A stretch of 64,000 nt of DNA from Candidatus Sphingobacterium stercorigallinarum (GTDB lineage Bacteria; Bacteroidota; Bacteroidia; Sphingobacteriales; Sphingobacteriaceae). The stretch covers positions 900 through 64,899 of the forward strand of contig DXCW01000163.1 of the NCBI GenBank assembly GCA_019115805.1, written 5' to 3'. Below, one piece after another: positions 1 through 9,434 of this stretch (position 1 is the stretch's first letter; every line of letters begins with the position of its first letter). A program made the position numbers and the translations under genes. Below the pieces are notes generated by a model that ran no database searches, had not been told where the DNA came from, and saw only the letters and a list, made by a program, of their open reading frames with translations.

Positions 1-1314
1 CTGGACCGGCCTGCATCGCTTGCCGGACGTTCCTATGTGCATGTGATCGGTGATGAGGTCAAGTATTTTCCGGAACACAAAATTGCCAACCTATTAAAAT
101 CAGTGCGTGGTTACGCGGTCAAATACGGAAAATCGGTATTCTATCGTGGCCACACATTCACAACGGATATGCCAAATACCAAAAATATCGGTGAGCATGA
201 CTGGATTTTAAAGCAGGTCAACAAGATGAAAAAGACAGCCGTTCTTCGGATACTTCGCGCGGCATTTGTATTGAACGAATGTATCCAAGAAAGGATTTAT
301 TTCCAGCAAAAAAACGATCGGGAAGAGGCAGTAAAAAAACTTAGAACCGAAGAAAGATGGCGGCAAAGATGGGTTGAAACTCGTATGCATAAAGATGGTC
401 AAACGTTATTTTTTATTGCATCTTCATTGGTGAATATAGATATCCTGACTCCAGAGTGGTTTACGGATGCGATCCAAACCGACCTTGGTGACGTGGATAC
501 CGCGGTGTTGTCGCTTAAACCTACCCTTGAATCCGGAGAAAGATTTTACGCGAATATTGCAGAAGCACATTTTTACGCAGACGGGAAAGATCCGAGATGG
601 ACGGATCATTTTGGCATTTCTGAATCGGAAGACTGCAGGATCCTTCGATACCTCAACAGAAAGAAAGTGATCGAAGTCGGACTTGATTTTGGAAACATGA
701 TATCCATGACAATTGGTCAGCCCAAACCGAACCGGGAATATCGGATACTTAAATTCATGTATACCCTTTCTCCGAATTGGATCCCTAAGCTTGCTGCTGA
801 ATTTATAGAATACTTCGATCCACAGGAAGAAAAAGTGATCCACGCCTATTATGACCGTGCCGCAAACAATTATAAAGATGCGAAAGTAGATCTAGCGTTA
901 GCGTTTAAAAATGCGATAGAGTTTAAAGAGGATGGGCGAACGAGAACCGGTTGGCGCGTGGTGCTGATGTCGCGTAACCAGGGAAATATTGGGCAAGCTG
1001 AAGAATACGTGTTTATGCAAGACCTTTTCTCTGGATCAAACCCGAAGCTCCCTAAGGTGCTTATCGATATATACGAGTCGAAATACCTTAAGGCATCGTT
1101 GGAGGGAGCGAAAACGAAGATTGTTCCGAACAAAGCTCGTGCGTCTGTCACCACTAAAGACAAGTCTTCCGAGAAATTACCTATTCACCGGCTGCCTTTG
1201 GAATCAACAAACGCTTCAGATAGCTTTAAATACTTGATGATGCGTAGAGAGTGGCGGATATTGGTTCGTAAAAAGTCTACTCAGAATATTTCGGATTCTT
1301 CAGTCGTGGGTTGA
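1..1314 (+). CDS. terL: Terminase large subunit (5' partial, open to window edge)
   Basis: Frame 1 has no stop upstream of the GTG at 37. Motifs seen: Walker-B-like HVIGDEV, and nuclease-domain-like GLDFG, YYDRAAN and C-terminal TNASDSFKYL. Located upstream of the portal-like gene. Confidence 0.72.
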   Translation: MDRPASLAGRSYVHVIGDEVKYFPEHKIANLLKSVRGYAVKYGKSVFYRGHTFTTDMPNTKNIGEHDWILKQVNKMKKTAVLRILRAAFVLNECIQERIYFQQKNDREEAVKKLRTEERWRQRWVETRMHKDGQTLFFIASSLVNIDILTPEWFTDAIQTDLGDVDTAVLSLKPTLESGERFYANIAEAHFYADGKDPRWTDHFGISESEDCRILRYLNRKKVIEVGLDFGNMISMTIGQPKPNREYRILKFMYTLSPNWIPKLAAEFIEYFDPQEEKVIHAYYDRAANNYKDAKVDLALAFKNAIEFKEDGRTRTGWRVVLMSRNQGNIGQAEEYVFMQDLFSGSNPKLPKVLIDIYESKYLKASLEGAKTKIVPNKARASVTTKDKSSEKLPIHRLPLESTNASDSFKYLMMRREWRILVRKKSTQNISDSSVVG

Positions 1315-1318
1315 TAGG

Positions 1319-2458
1319 TTACATCTTTAAGTATTCATTAAATGGCATTAAGACTTCCCGTAGCTTGACTTTATCTCTGAAGTTCCTAGCGATATTATAG
1401 GCAGTTTTCGTATAAGACGACATACCATCGTAATTATAAACATGGATCTTTTTACAGTATTTATTTTCAAACAGCATATTTAGGAGGGTTCGATCAGTGA
1501 TACTGCATGAATGTCCCATTACATATATTTCATAAGGTCCGAGTGCTGTGAACCCAAGCAAATCTTGATAGGACTGGTTGCGGAAATAGTGAAAAGATTT
1601 CATACATTTTAGCCACTCATCAGAGTACTTACTTTCTATTATTGAATAGAATTCATTTTGCTCGTCACCAATGCCAAAAACCACGTCATTATAGTTGTCT
1701 ATTGTTCCGTGTATTGGAATTATTTCTAATGAAGATAGCTTATCTCTATATCTCGACATTAGCAGATTTCGAAGATTCCATTGAAACGTTGTATAGTTAA
1801 AGTTGAGGAAAATTGCTGCTGGTCTGGAATCACCTTTATCTTTCAAATCCAATCGATCGAATGGGAAGTTAAACCAATTTGAAGTGCGTTCAATATCGGG
1901 CTGATTTTGTGTCTTCAAATAATTCACCAAATTTATTTTAAGACAATCGACTGATTGGTTAATCTGTTTTATTACGTCGGTTTGTTCTTGAAAAAGTCTA
2001 GAGCTTCGTATGTCGGGACCGTTTGTATTAGTTTTAACCTCGTGATGCGCCCTTTCAATCGATGAATAGATTTCGTGCTCTATTCCGTTCCATTCCGCAT
2101 CAATACACTCCGTTAAAATTTTATTGATAAATAGATTTTTTGCCTTTATGGCGATGTTGAATCCACTATAATGGGGATCAGGTAACTTTTTAACTATCAC
2201 TTCTGACAAAGTTCCTTTTTCAAAATCTGAATTTAGTGATTTAAAAGCTTCGGAATGTCGTCCCGGTGGGGAAAAGTATCTTGCAACCAACATCTCGATA
2301 CAGTTGTCCTCAAATTGATTTTTGCCGGATTCCAATGCCTGTTTTAAGCTTTCGTTGAGATACCATATAATAAAACTTCCATAGTCAGTCTTCAATTTAT
2401 GACCTAAATCGAAACCATTTCCGATAAGGAAGATCTTATTCCTACTTTCCTGTTCCAT
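1319..2458 (-). CDS. AbiH-family abortive infection protein
   Basis: N-terminus NKIFLIGNGFDLGHKLKTDYGSFI matches the hallmark AbiH (PF14253) start (IIGNGFDLahGLkTsY). C-terminal IYVMGHSCSITDRTLL resembles the second conserved AbiH block. Opposite strand to the phage late genes and visibly AT-rich (about 32% GC in a sampled 60-mer). Confidence 0.8.
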   Translation of the reverse strand: MEQESRNKIFLIGNGFDLGHKLKTDYGSFIIWYLNESLKQALESGKNQFEDNCIEMLVARYFSPPGRHSEAFKSLNSDFEKGTLSEVIVKKLPDPHYSGFNIAIKAKNLFINKILTECIDAEWNGIEHEIYSSIERAHHEVKTNTNGPDIRSSRLFQEQTDVIKQINQSVDCLKINLVNYLKTQNQPDIERTSNWFNFPFDRLDLKDKGDSRPAAIFLNFNYTTFQWNLRNLLMSRYRDKLSSLEIIPIHGTIDNYNDVVFGIGDEQNEFYSIIESKYSDEWLKCMKSFHYFRNQSYQDLLGFTALGPYEIYVMGHSCSITDRTLLNMLFENKYCKKIHVYNYDGMSSYTKTAYNIARNFRDKVKLREVLMPFNEYLKM

Positions 2459-2568
2459 AATAAATTAGTTTGTATACCACAATATAATGATTATAGCATC
2501 TGACACAAACCTTGTCCTTTAAAATCGAAGCTAGATGGTAGAGTTTTGATAGTACAAATGAGATTTAA

Positions 2569-2847
2569 ATGACCGTATACGAGGCGATATCAGAAATGCG
2601 AAAACTGTCCAAAGAGGGTAAATCGTTCAGTTTTACTTTCGTTTCCTATTCCCATTCTCGAGGTGAAAGCCATGGAATTGTGGAAGTTCCGGCCGCTAGA
2701 CTTCGTAAACGTGGTAAAACGGCACACAACCGATATGCCGAGCTTCAGGAAGAATATGTAAACGTCAATACGGGGGAAGCCAGGAGATTTTGGCACTGCT
2801 GCCTATTGAGCTTTAATGGTCAATCATTAAAATTTGCTGCTGAATGA
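2569..2847 (+). CDS. Small phage protein, unknown function
   Basis: 92-aa ORF whose stop overlaps the portal start (ATGA). No motif recognised. Confidence 0.4.
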   Translation: MTVYEAISEMRKLSKEGKSFSFTFVSYSHSRGESHGIVEVPAARLRKRGKTAHNRYAELQEEYVNVNTGEARRFWHCCLLSFNGQSLKFAAE

Positions 2848-4214
2848 AAACTAAAGAAATAACCGAAAATGCGAGAGCCGTCCACTTATCCGATGGATCG
2901 GTATATACGATTTCGATGAGTCATCAATTAGATGATCGGTGGTCAACACAGTTGTTTTCCTTCTCCAATTCTTGGGAATCAGATCCAGCCATTGTAATGG
3001 GCAAGCGAATAGTGCCTTATGGACACAATAACGACTTACCATCTGTGATCCGACGAATTATGGACAACTCGAATATCGGCCCCGGAATATTGCAAAGGAA
3101 AATCGGCTTGCAGTATGGAGAAGGCCCCTTCCTATATCGCGATCATTTTGATAGGGAAACGGGAAAAATTATACGTGTGCCGGTCCAACACGGGGAAATC
3201 AAGGCCTGGCTACAAACTTGGGACTTTGATCGGTATATTGAAATTGCCACAACGGAGTTTATGCATACCCAAGGCTTTTATACCCGATGGTACCGGAATA
3301 AAGGCCCGAGGATCGGTGGGAAAGGTAAAGTTGTCAAATTGGAACCTGTACTTAATACCTGGGCGCGTCTGGGTTGGCCGGATCACCCTGAGAAGCGATT
3401 GGAAAACGTCAAGAAAATCTATGTGGGTGATTTTGAGAACAATTGTCTGCACTCAGGAATATCAACTTACCATGCGTTTGATAAACGAGATCCGTTTCGC
3501 AACCCGGTATCCATGAGCTATCACAATCTATATAGTTTTGCAAGGGCATTCTATCCTGTTCCATCTTTTTTTGGAACATTGAAATGGTTGGCAACAGCTT
3601 CGGAGATTCCGGATATCATCAAGTACCTAACCGACAATGGAATCTCCGCGGCATTCCATATTCACTCTCCGCAAGGGTATTGGGATGACAAACGAGAAAA
3701 GTTGCTGCAACGGTTTCCGGAAGAAACTGAAGCGCAAATCGATAAGCGGGTGAGTGAGATTAAGGAACAGTTGTTTCGTTCCATTGCTAACGCGCTTGCA
3801 GGAAAGGAAAACGCGGGTAAGTTTATTGAGACAGTCGATTTCTACGATATTGATGGGAATTTATGCGAGTGGAAAATTGAGCCTATCGATCAGAAAATAA
3901 AAGACTTCATCGAAGCGCAGGTGAAGGTCTCAGAAAAGGCCGATTCTGCGGCCACTTCTGGGATGGGTTTGAACCCAGCACTCGCCAATTTAATCACCAA
4001 CAATTCGTTTTCTGGCGGATCGCAGCAATTATATGCTGCAAAGTTCCATGTGCTCACCGATGTTAACATTCCGGAACGCATCATATTTGAAGCAGTCAAC
4101 CAGGCCATTTCCATCAATTGGCCAGAAGAAAATGTGAAAATGGGATTCTATCGAAAGATTATTATGAAAGAAGAAGACGTGTCACCTGCAAATCGAGTTG
4201 CAGCTCAAGCCTAA
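2844..4214 (+). CDS. Phage portal protein (probable)
   Basis: 456 aa, follows the terminase. Size and the C-terminal Gly/Ser-rich segment (SGMGLNPALANLITNNSFSGGSQQLY) are typical of portals. Assigned from position and general resemblance only. Confidence 0.55.
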   Translation: MKTKEITENARAVHLSDGSVYTISMSHQLDDRWSTQLFSFSNSWESDPAIVMGKRIVPYGHNNDLPSVIRRIMDNSNIGPGILQRKIGLQYGEGPFLYRDHFDRETGKIIRVPVQHGEIKAWLQTWDFDRYIEIATTEFMHTQGFYTRWYRNKGPRIGGKGKVVKLEPVLNTWARLGWPDHPEKRLENVKKIYVGDFENNCLHSGISTYHAFDKRDPFRNPVSMSYHNLYSFARAFYPVPSFFGTLKWLATASEIPDIIKYLTDNGISAAFHIHSPQGYWDDKREKLLQRFPEETEAQIDKRVSEIKEQLFRSIANALAGKENAGKFIETVDFYDIDGNLCEWKIEPIDQKIKDFIEAQVKVSEKADSAATSGMGLNPALANLITNNSFSGGSQQLYAAKFHVLTDVNIPERIIFEAVNQAISINWPEENVKMGFYRKIIMKEEDVSPANRVAAQA

Positions 4215-4218
4215 TACT

Positions 4219-5160
4219 ATGTTGATAAAAGACAGCGAAACTTTACGAAGACTTACCGGATCATTTTACGCTTCAAATGATTTCGAGCGTATTGAGCAGG
4301 ATATCATACTGGAAACTGAAGATCTTGCGAAGATTGTTGGCGATACTATCATTGAAAAAGCGGAACGGATTGCTGATGAGGAAGCTCCCACAGAAACGGA
4401 CGCTTCATTTTTAAAGCATGTCCAGCTACCGATCGCCTTGATGGCAGTCTACCGGCATTTCCAATCTAACATTGTTTCCCACGATCAGTCAACACGTAAA
4501 ATCAAGGTGGATAATGACAACGAAAAGCTACCCTGGGAATGGATGTTGGACCGAGATGATGCTGCCCACCTTTCCAAAGCGCAGCGGGCTATCGATCGGC
4601 TAATTTTGTTCCTGGATAAAAGTAATTATTCCGAGTGGACTGATTCTCCGCAAAAAAAGGCGACAAAACGATTATTTGTCAATAACACGGATGTGTTCGG
4701 AGAGTATTATCCCATAGATAATTCCGCGCGCTTCTATTATCTGGCTATTCCACTGCTTCAGGAAATTCAAGTTGTGAAACTACGCGAAGTCTTGGCCGGC
4801 GATTATTCAGATTTATTAAGTGGATTTCAGTCCGGAGGTTTGAATGAGTATCAAATAGAGCTGTTGGACCTCACACGACGGGCTCAGGTGCTAGGAGCTA
4901 TCGCGCTTGCTGTTCGCCGTCTCAATACCCAAGTGTTACCGGAGGGGATTGTTAAAGCGCTAAAATCGGAAGGCCAAACTGTAAACGCAACTAGGCCCGC
5001 CAGCGTCGACGAAATTGCATACTTCAGTAAAAGAATAGAAATAGACGCCTACGATTATATGGATAAAATCAAGCGTAAGCGCTTCGAGAATAGTCCGGAA
5101 TACTTGGAGTATAAAATGCTTCCGACAAACGATCCAAACGATAAATTTGCCAGCACTTAG
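4219..5160 (+). CDS. Phage head-module protein, unknown function
   Basis: Long ORF in the late operon. I prefer the ATG at 4219 just after the portal stop over the TTG at 4198. Acidic, no recognisable motif. Confidence 0.4.
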   Translation: MLIKDSETLRRLTGSFYASNDFERIEQDIILETEDLAKIVGDTIIEKAERIADEEAPTETDASFLKHVQLPIALMAVYRHFQSNIVSHDQSTRKIKVDNDNEKLPWEWMLDRDDAAHLSKAQRAIDRLILFLDKSNYSEWTDSPQKKATKRLFVNNTDVFGEYYPIDNSARFYYLAIPLLQEIQVVKLREVLAGDYSDLLSGFQSGGLNEYQIELLDLTRRAQVLGAIALAVRRLNTQVLPEGIVKALKSEGQTVNATRPASVDEIAYFSKRIEIDAYDYMDKIKRKRFENSPEYLEYKMLPTNDPNDKFAST

Positions 5161-5162
5161 TC

Positions 5163-6023
5163 ATGCATACTATTGAAATACCGCAAAAGGATCTCATAGT
5201 AGAGATTCCATCTGAATGGGACGAATGCACCTCTGAGCAGGTTCATTTTATTTTGGGTAAGGCGTTTCAAGTGATCAATGGAACATTATCTCTGGCCGAA
5301 TTTCGAATCCAAATTTTCGTGTTGTTTACGGGTTTGAAGTTCGGCCCAGGTTATCATATAAAACAACGTCTGGGCTACAATGCAGAAATAAATGAACGGA
5401 TATACCTTTTGTCAGAACAACTGTGCGGATGGATCTTCGAGAAAAATGAACAAGATGGTTTTGAATTATCCTATCAGACAATAACCAATTTCTTTCCCGT
5501 TTTATTGAATAAGTATCACGGTCCCGATGATTTACTGGCAGATATCACATTGGCGGAGTTTAAGCAAGCGATCGCCATGCTTAACGATTATTTCGAAACG
5601 AAAGAGGATCCAGATAGAGCTGATCTCTTTCTGAATTATTTCATAGCAACACTATACCGGCCGAAAGATAAAAGTGGAATCAAAGTGCCTTTCCATAGCT
5701 ATGTAGTAGAACCGACCTTGTTTGAGCGGGTTGAACCGTGGCGAAAGCAAGCAATTGCAATTTGGTTTTCTTACTGCATAAAATGCCTTCAGGAGGAAGA
5801 CCTGGTTATACAGGGTATTGATGTTAATTTCTCTGCACTATTCCCTTCAGGAAAGGCAAATCCAACTACACATAAAAGGGTGAACCTGGGATGGGCTGGT
5901 GTAGTCTTGGATATAGCTGAATCGGGTGTGTTTGGTGACGCTTCGAAAACCAGCCAAACCTTGTTGTACGATATATTGATTTTCCTTCTGAAAAAACATA
6001 ACGATCAATCTAAACAGAAATGA
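5163..6023 (+). CDS. Phage head-module protein, unknown function
   Basis: 286-aa ORF starting 3 nt after the previous stop. Same strand, tight packing. Confidence 0.4.
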   Translation: MHTIEIPQKDLIVEIPSEWDECTSEQVHFILGKAFQVINGTLSLAEFRIQIFVLFTGLKFGPGYHIKQRLGYNAEINERIYLLSEQLCGWIFEKNEQDGFELSYQTITNFFPVLLNKYHGPDDLLADITLAEFKQAIAMLNDYFETKEDPDRADLFLNYFIATLYRPKDKSGIKVPFHSYVVEPTLFERVEPWRKQAIAIWFSYCIKCLQEEDLVIQGIDVNFSALFPSGKANPTTHKRVNLGWAGVVLDIAESGVFGDASKTSQTLLYDILIFLLKKHNDQSKQK

Positions 6024-6454
6024 TAGGTATTAAAGAGTTTAACGAAATTTGTCAAGATATTGTCGAGCAAATAGGCATTAAAGGCCATGTAATATGCAGC
6101 ACAGAAGAGCAGGGCGCAAAGAAATTGAAGGATAAAGGGGATATCTGGCTTGTCGCTGTTTATCCGAATTACTCTTTCGATGGAGATCCAGATTCGTATC
6201 AAGATCGACACGAACTGATGTTCTTGGTGGTCACTCGGCAAATTGAGGGAAAAAGTGATGAGTTCGAATTGGAACAGTATTACAACACCCAACAAGCTAT
6301 GGTGAAGCTCAAACAATATTTATTTGGAGAGGGAGATCAGGTTGATGAGTTATGTAAGCTATTCCCTAATCTTAAAGTAAATTCTGTCGCCATTGAACCG
6401 GAGTACAATATCTTCGGCGGATATCTTGGCTGGTCCATGATCCTCGACGTCTGA
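6020..6454 (+). CDS. Phage head/neck-module protein, unknown function
   Basis: 144-aa ORF with an ATGA overlap with the upstream gene. Confidence 0.4.
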   Translation: MIGIKEFNEICQDIVEQIGIKGHVICSTEEQGAKKLKDKGDIWLVAVYPNYSFDGDPDSYQDRHELMFLVVTRQIEGKSDEFELEQYYNTQQAMVKLKQYLFGEGDQVDELCKLFPNLKVNSVAIEPEYNIFGGYLGWSMILDV

Positions 6455-6597
6455 AATTGTCCTACAATAATCTAAAAGCGTTGGCTAGCAAAGTGGAGGT
6501 TCAAGACAAAAGCTTCTTATTTAGAAATAGCGGTTCGAAATAGCACACGGTATTGAAATCTACTAACCAATTTAGGTTTTGATCCTGGGAGTATTGA

Positions 6598-6618
6598 AAA
6601 AATAATTTAAAATTATTT
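6598..6618. promoter_or_regulatory. 10-bp inverted repeat (aaaataattt a aaattatttt) in AT-rich leader upstream of the Panacea-like gene; possible operator next to a TTTG ... TATATTGT promoter-like pair
   Basis: Arms 6598-6607 and 6609-6618 are exact reverse complements. TTTG at 6633-6636 and TATATTGT at 6651-6658 loosely resemble the Bacteroidetes -33/-7 elements, with shorter spacing than consensus. AT-only sequence, so chance is plausible. Confidence 0.3.
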
Positions 6619-6754
6619 TAAAAATTTACAACTTTTGCAAAAATATGTGGTTATATTGTCAGACCTAGGTAGTGGACTTCATCGATTGGGGTAACATTTA
6701 TTATAGTGCTCAATCGCCTTTATCATATGAAATTCATATAGAAATACTGCATCT

Positions 6755-7282
6755 ATGTCAAAGATTGAAAGTTTTGAATATTTCTTAAAAGGGCTTGTTG
6801 GTTGGTTCTGTGATTTTTATACGATAGACAACGCCGATTTCAATGACCATCCTCAGAATAATCTAAGTAAGTTGAAGGTAATTAAGCTACATTTTTTTGC
6901 CTCAAGTACTTCAACGGATATGCTAGATTTATTTGATGACTTCCATGCGATGCCATATGGCCATGTGGAAAGCGAGATTTATCGATCTCTCTCAAAATTG
7001 CAGTTTGCCGAAGTGACGAACACCAAACTCGTAATTACCGATATCAAATCGTTTAATGAAGTTTCTGTCGGACAAAGTGAAGTTGTCGACAACTCTATAA
7101 GTACTTTGAAAGAACTCAATTCCCAGTTGATTTCGTTCTCACCATTTGATTTAGTGGAGCTTAGCCACAAATGGTTCTCATGGAGATATAACTTCGAAAT
7201 AGCCAAAAAGGATGGATCATTTTCCAGGCCAATCAGTAAAGAACTTATAAAAAAAGAAGAAAAATATTATAGCTTGTTTTAA
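6755..7282 (+). CDS. Panacea (DUF4065/SocA/GepA-like) domain protein, putative antitoxin
   Basis: LSKLKVIKLHFFASS ... FHAMPYGHVESEIY ... DLVELSHKWFSW parallels the Panacea domain pattern (LKLQKLLYy ... f.AwkyGPVvpevY ... tH...pW). 175 aa, AT-rich. Stop overlaps the start of the next gene (TAATG). Confidence 0.7.
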   Translation: MSKIESFEYFLKGLVGWFCDFYTIDNADFNDHPQNNLSKLKVIKLHFFASSTSTDMLDLFDDFHAMPYGHVESEIYRSLSKLQFAEVTNTKLVITDIKSFNEVSVGQSEVVDNSISTLKELNSQLISFSPFDLVELSHKWFSWRYNFEIAKKDGSFSRPISKELIKKEEKYYSLF

Positions 7283-9192
7283 TGAGTTCTCAATTTCATT
7301 TTAGTTCGAACACTTTAATCGAACTTTTAGAAGGCCAGCATTTCCAATCGACATGGCTGAAGAATAGTAAAGGAGAAGTTCCTAATCAATCAGACTCGGG
7401 ATTAGTAGCCAACACAATTATAGGGGCAGGTACGGAGATTGCCAAATTTTTTCAATTGTTGTTTTTGAGTGGGGAGTATTTGAATTTGTTAGATCACGAA
7501 GAAGAATCTTATTTTGACGAAATCGAAAAATACTTAAATGAGCATGGAAATAGTATAGAAGAGCTAGAAGAAGGCCCAGAAAAATATAAAATACAAGAGA
7601 TCTTTCGTGGAAATATTATTCTTCCATTTACGAATCTAATCCGACCCTTATCTACGTATTTATTAAGGGACGTTCGATCCCAGTTAAATCTAGAATACAC
7701 GACTGATATATTTCGTGGAGAGCGTTCCTGGTACGACAGTACAAAAGTGGACGATGTGTTGCACCACCATTTTATTTCGTTTCAAATAGTAATTCGTATC
7801 ATTCGTTCAGAGCACTTCGGCTACTCGTTAACTAATGACTTGATTAGGAATCTGGTTATTTATTATGGGGAATCTCGAGCTATTTCTATTGATACAGTCC
7901 TTAAGGAGGCAATATCGGTAAAAGTTGATTTTCTCCTTAAAAAGCTTCTTTATCGGGCAGAAAATGATCCGCAAGATTCGTTGGAACCTCGAATGATTTA
8001 TTCATTCGATCGACAGGAGGACAAAACAGTTGATTTGGAGTCAATTGTAATTCACGAATCTTTGTCAGAATGGGAGCGTTTGATTAAAGTTCATTACGGC
8101 TTGTTAAAGAATTTCAAATCGGAACAGCGAAAGCGAAGGAAAGTTATCGAGAAGAAATCAAAAGAAGATTATGTGACATTAGATTTCCATGGCTTAATCA
8201 AGATATATAAGGACGATTCAAAAAATTTCCAGCTTGCGAATGAACTCTATCAATCATTTTCTGCCCGACAGTCCAATGGTTCGACATTCAATAAATATAG
8301 TAATGAAGTGTCTGGTTCTTATCTGTTCAATAATATAGTTTCGCTTGAGTGTGAAATCGGTGACTTTACTGTCGATAAAGCTAAAGAGCTTTTCAGCAAA
8401 ATAAAGAATAAACAGAATGAGGATGAGATTAGGAACTATTTTCCATGGGAGAAATTAGCTACGAAATTGAACGATATTCTAAGTGGGCTTTCGCGCGAAC
8501 TGGTCGAAAATGATAAACTCAAAAGTTTCAATGGTTTTCTAGATGTTTTTGCAGCAACGCTTAAAAAACTCGAAGAGGCATATCGATGGAGTCAGAATAA
8601 AAAGCTAGTACCTATTCAACCTAATTTTGCGGAGTGCCAATCTCCATACATTATCAAACTAGATAACTACCCGGATATTAAGTTATTTTTCTTTTCGTCG
8701 TTTATGCTGCCACTGGACTATAAAAGAGTTAGTTCAAATATCACTGAACTGGAAGAGAAATATAAAAGTTTCACTTCTTTGAAGACTGTATACAGTAGGT
8801 TAATATCAGTTGTGTCGGAGATGAAGGATGTAACCGAGAAAATGCGAAAACAAGAGCGAAGGTCAATTGAAATATTAGCCATCTTCTCAGCGGTAGCATT
8901 GTTTTCGGTTGGAAGTATACAAATATTCGGTGTTGAAAGTATTCAGGGTGATCCTCATGTCTACTATCGATTTATATTAGCTTATGGGTATTCATTAGCA
9001 TTATTCGTATTGCTGATTTGGATTATAACCCGGGAAAATTTGAGAAAGGTATTTTGGTTTCATTGGACAATCGTAATTTTAGTTTTCCTAGGTACTTTAA
9101 TCGCGGTTGGATATGCTAATGGAGCATCGATTTTCAAATTCATCAAAGATGATATACTGACGCTTTTCAATTCATCAATCAATCACAAATAA
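7282..9192 (+). CDS. 636-aa protein of unknown family: large soluble N-terminal region, coiled coil, three C-terminal TM helices; candidate toxin/effector partner of the Panacea protein
   Basis: Uninterrupted ORF coupled to the upstream gene. Hydrophobic segments are IEILAIFSAVALFSVGSIQIF, YYRFILAYGYSLALFVLLIWII and VFWFHWTIVILVFLGTLIAVGYA (about aa 529-612, nt 8866-9117). They are preceded by the charged helix EEKYKSF...MKDVTEKMRKQERR. No catalytic motif recognised. About 30-40% GC in sampled 60-mers. Confidence 0.6.
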   Translation: MSSQFHFSSNTLIELLEGQHFQSTWLKNSKGEVPNQSDSGLVANTIIGAGTEIAKFFQLLFLSGEYLNLLDHEEESYFDEIEKYLNEHGNSIEELEEGPEKYKIQEIFRGNIILPFTNLIRPLSTYLLRDVRSQLNLEYTTDIFRGERSWYDSTKVDDVLHHHFISFQIVIRIIRSEHFGYSLTNDLIRNLVIYYGESRAISIDTVLKEAISVKVDFLLKKLLYRAENDPQDSLEPRMIYSFDRQEDKTVDLESIVIHESLSEWERLIKVHYGLLKNFKSEQRKRRKVIEKKSKEDYVTLDFHGLIKIYKDDSKNFQLANELYQSFSARQSNGSTFNKYSNEVSGSYLFNNIVSLECEIGDFTVDKAKELFSKIKNKQNEDEIRNYFPWEKLATKLNDILSGLSRELVENDKLKSFNGFLDVFAATLKKLEEAYRWSQNKKLVPIQPNFAECQSPYIIKLDNYPDIKLFFFSSFMLPLDYKRVSSNITELEEKYKSFTSLKTVYSRLISVVSEMKDVTEKMRKQERRSIEILAIFSAVALFSVGSIQIFGVESIQGDPHVYYRFILAYGYSLALFVLLIWIITRENLRKVFWFHWTIVILVFLGTLIAVGYANGASIFKFIKDDILTLFNSSINHK

Positions 9193-9398
9193 GTCAGCAA
9201 ACGTCAACTTAATTTAATTAATCACTGAATTTTCATAATAGTCAAAATGAAATATTTAGTAACTATCTGACTGGTAGGGTAATAGTGCGTGAATGGTATT
9301 TGTTCAATATTTTTGATCATTGGGTTCACCGGCCCGCCCTGTTCCTTTTTTGCAATTGCACCCCGGCGCCGGCCCCCAGAAATATGACATGCCACTGT

Positions 9399-9434
9399 AA
9401 AAACAGCCTTAAATCACGTTTAAAGGCTGTTTTT
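9399..9434 (+). terminator. Rho-independent terminator closing the two-gene insert
   Basis: aaaaacagccttaaa / tttaaaggctgttttt hairpin with one bulge and loop tcacg. Followed by a T-run. Confidence 0.55.

Noticed and set aside
7282-9192. 636-aa protein considered as an ordinary phage structural (head-tail connector or tail) protein
   Set aside because: It has three C-terminal TM helices and a foreign AT-rich composition. It also has its own leader and terminator and is tightly coupled to a Panacea-domain gene. All of this argues against a virion role, though it is not excluded without homology searches.
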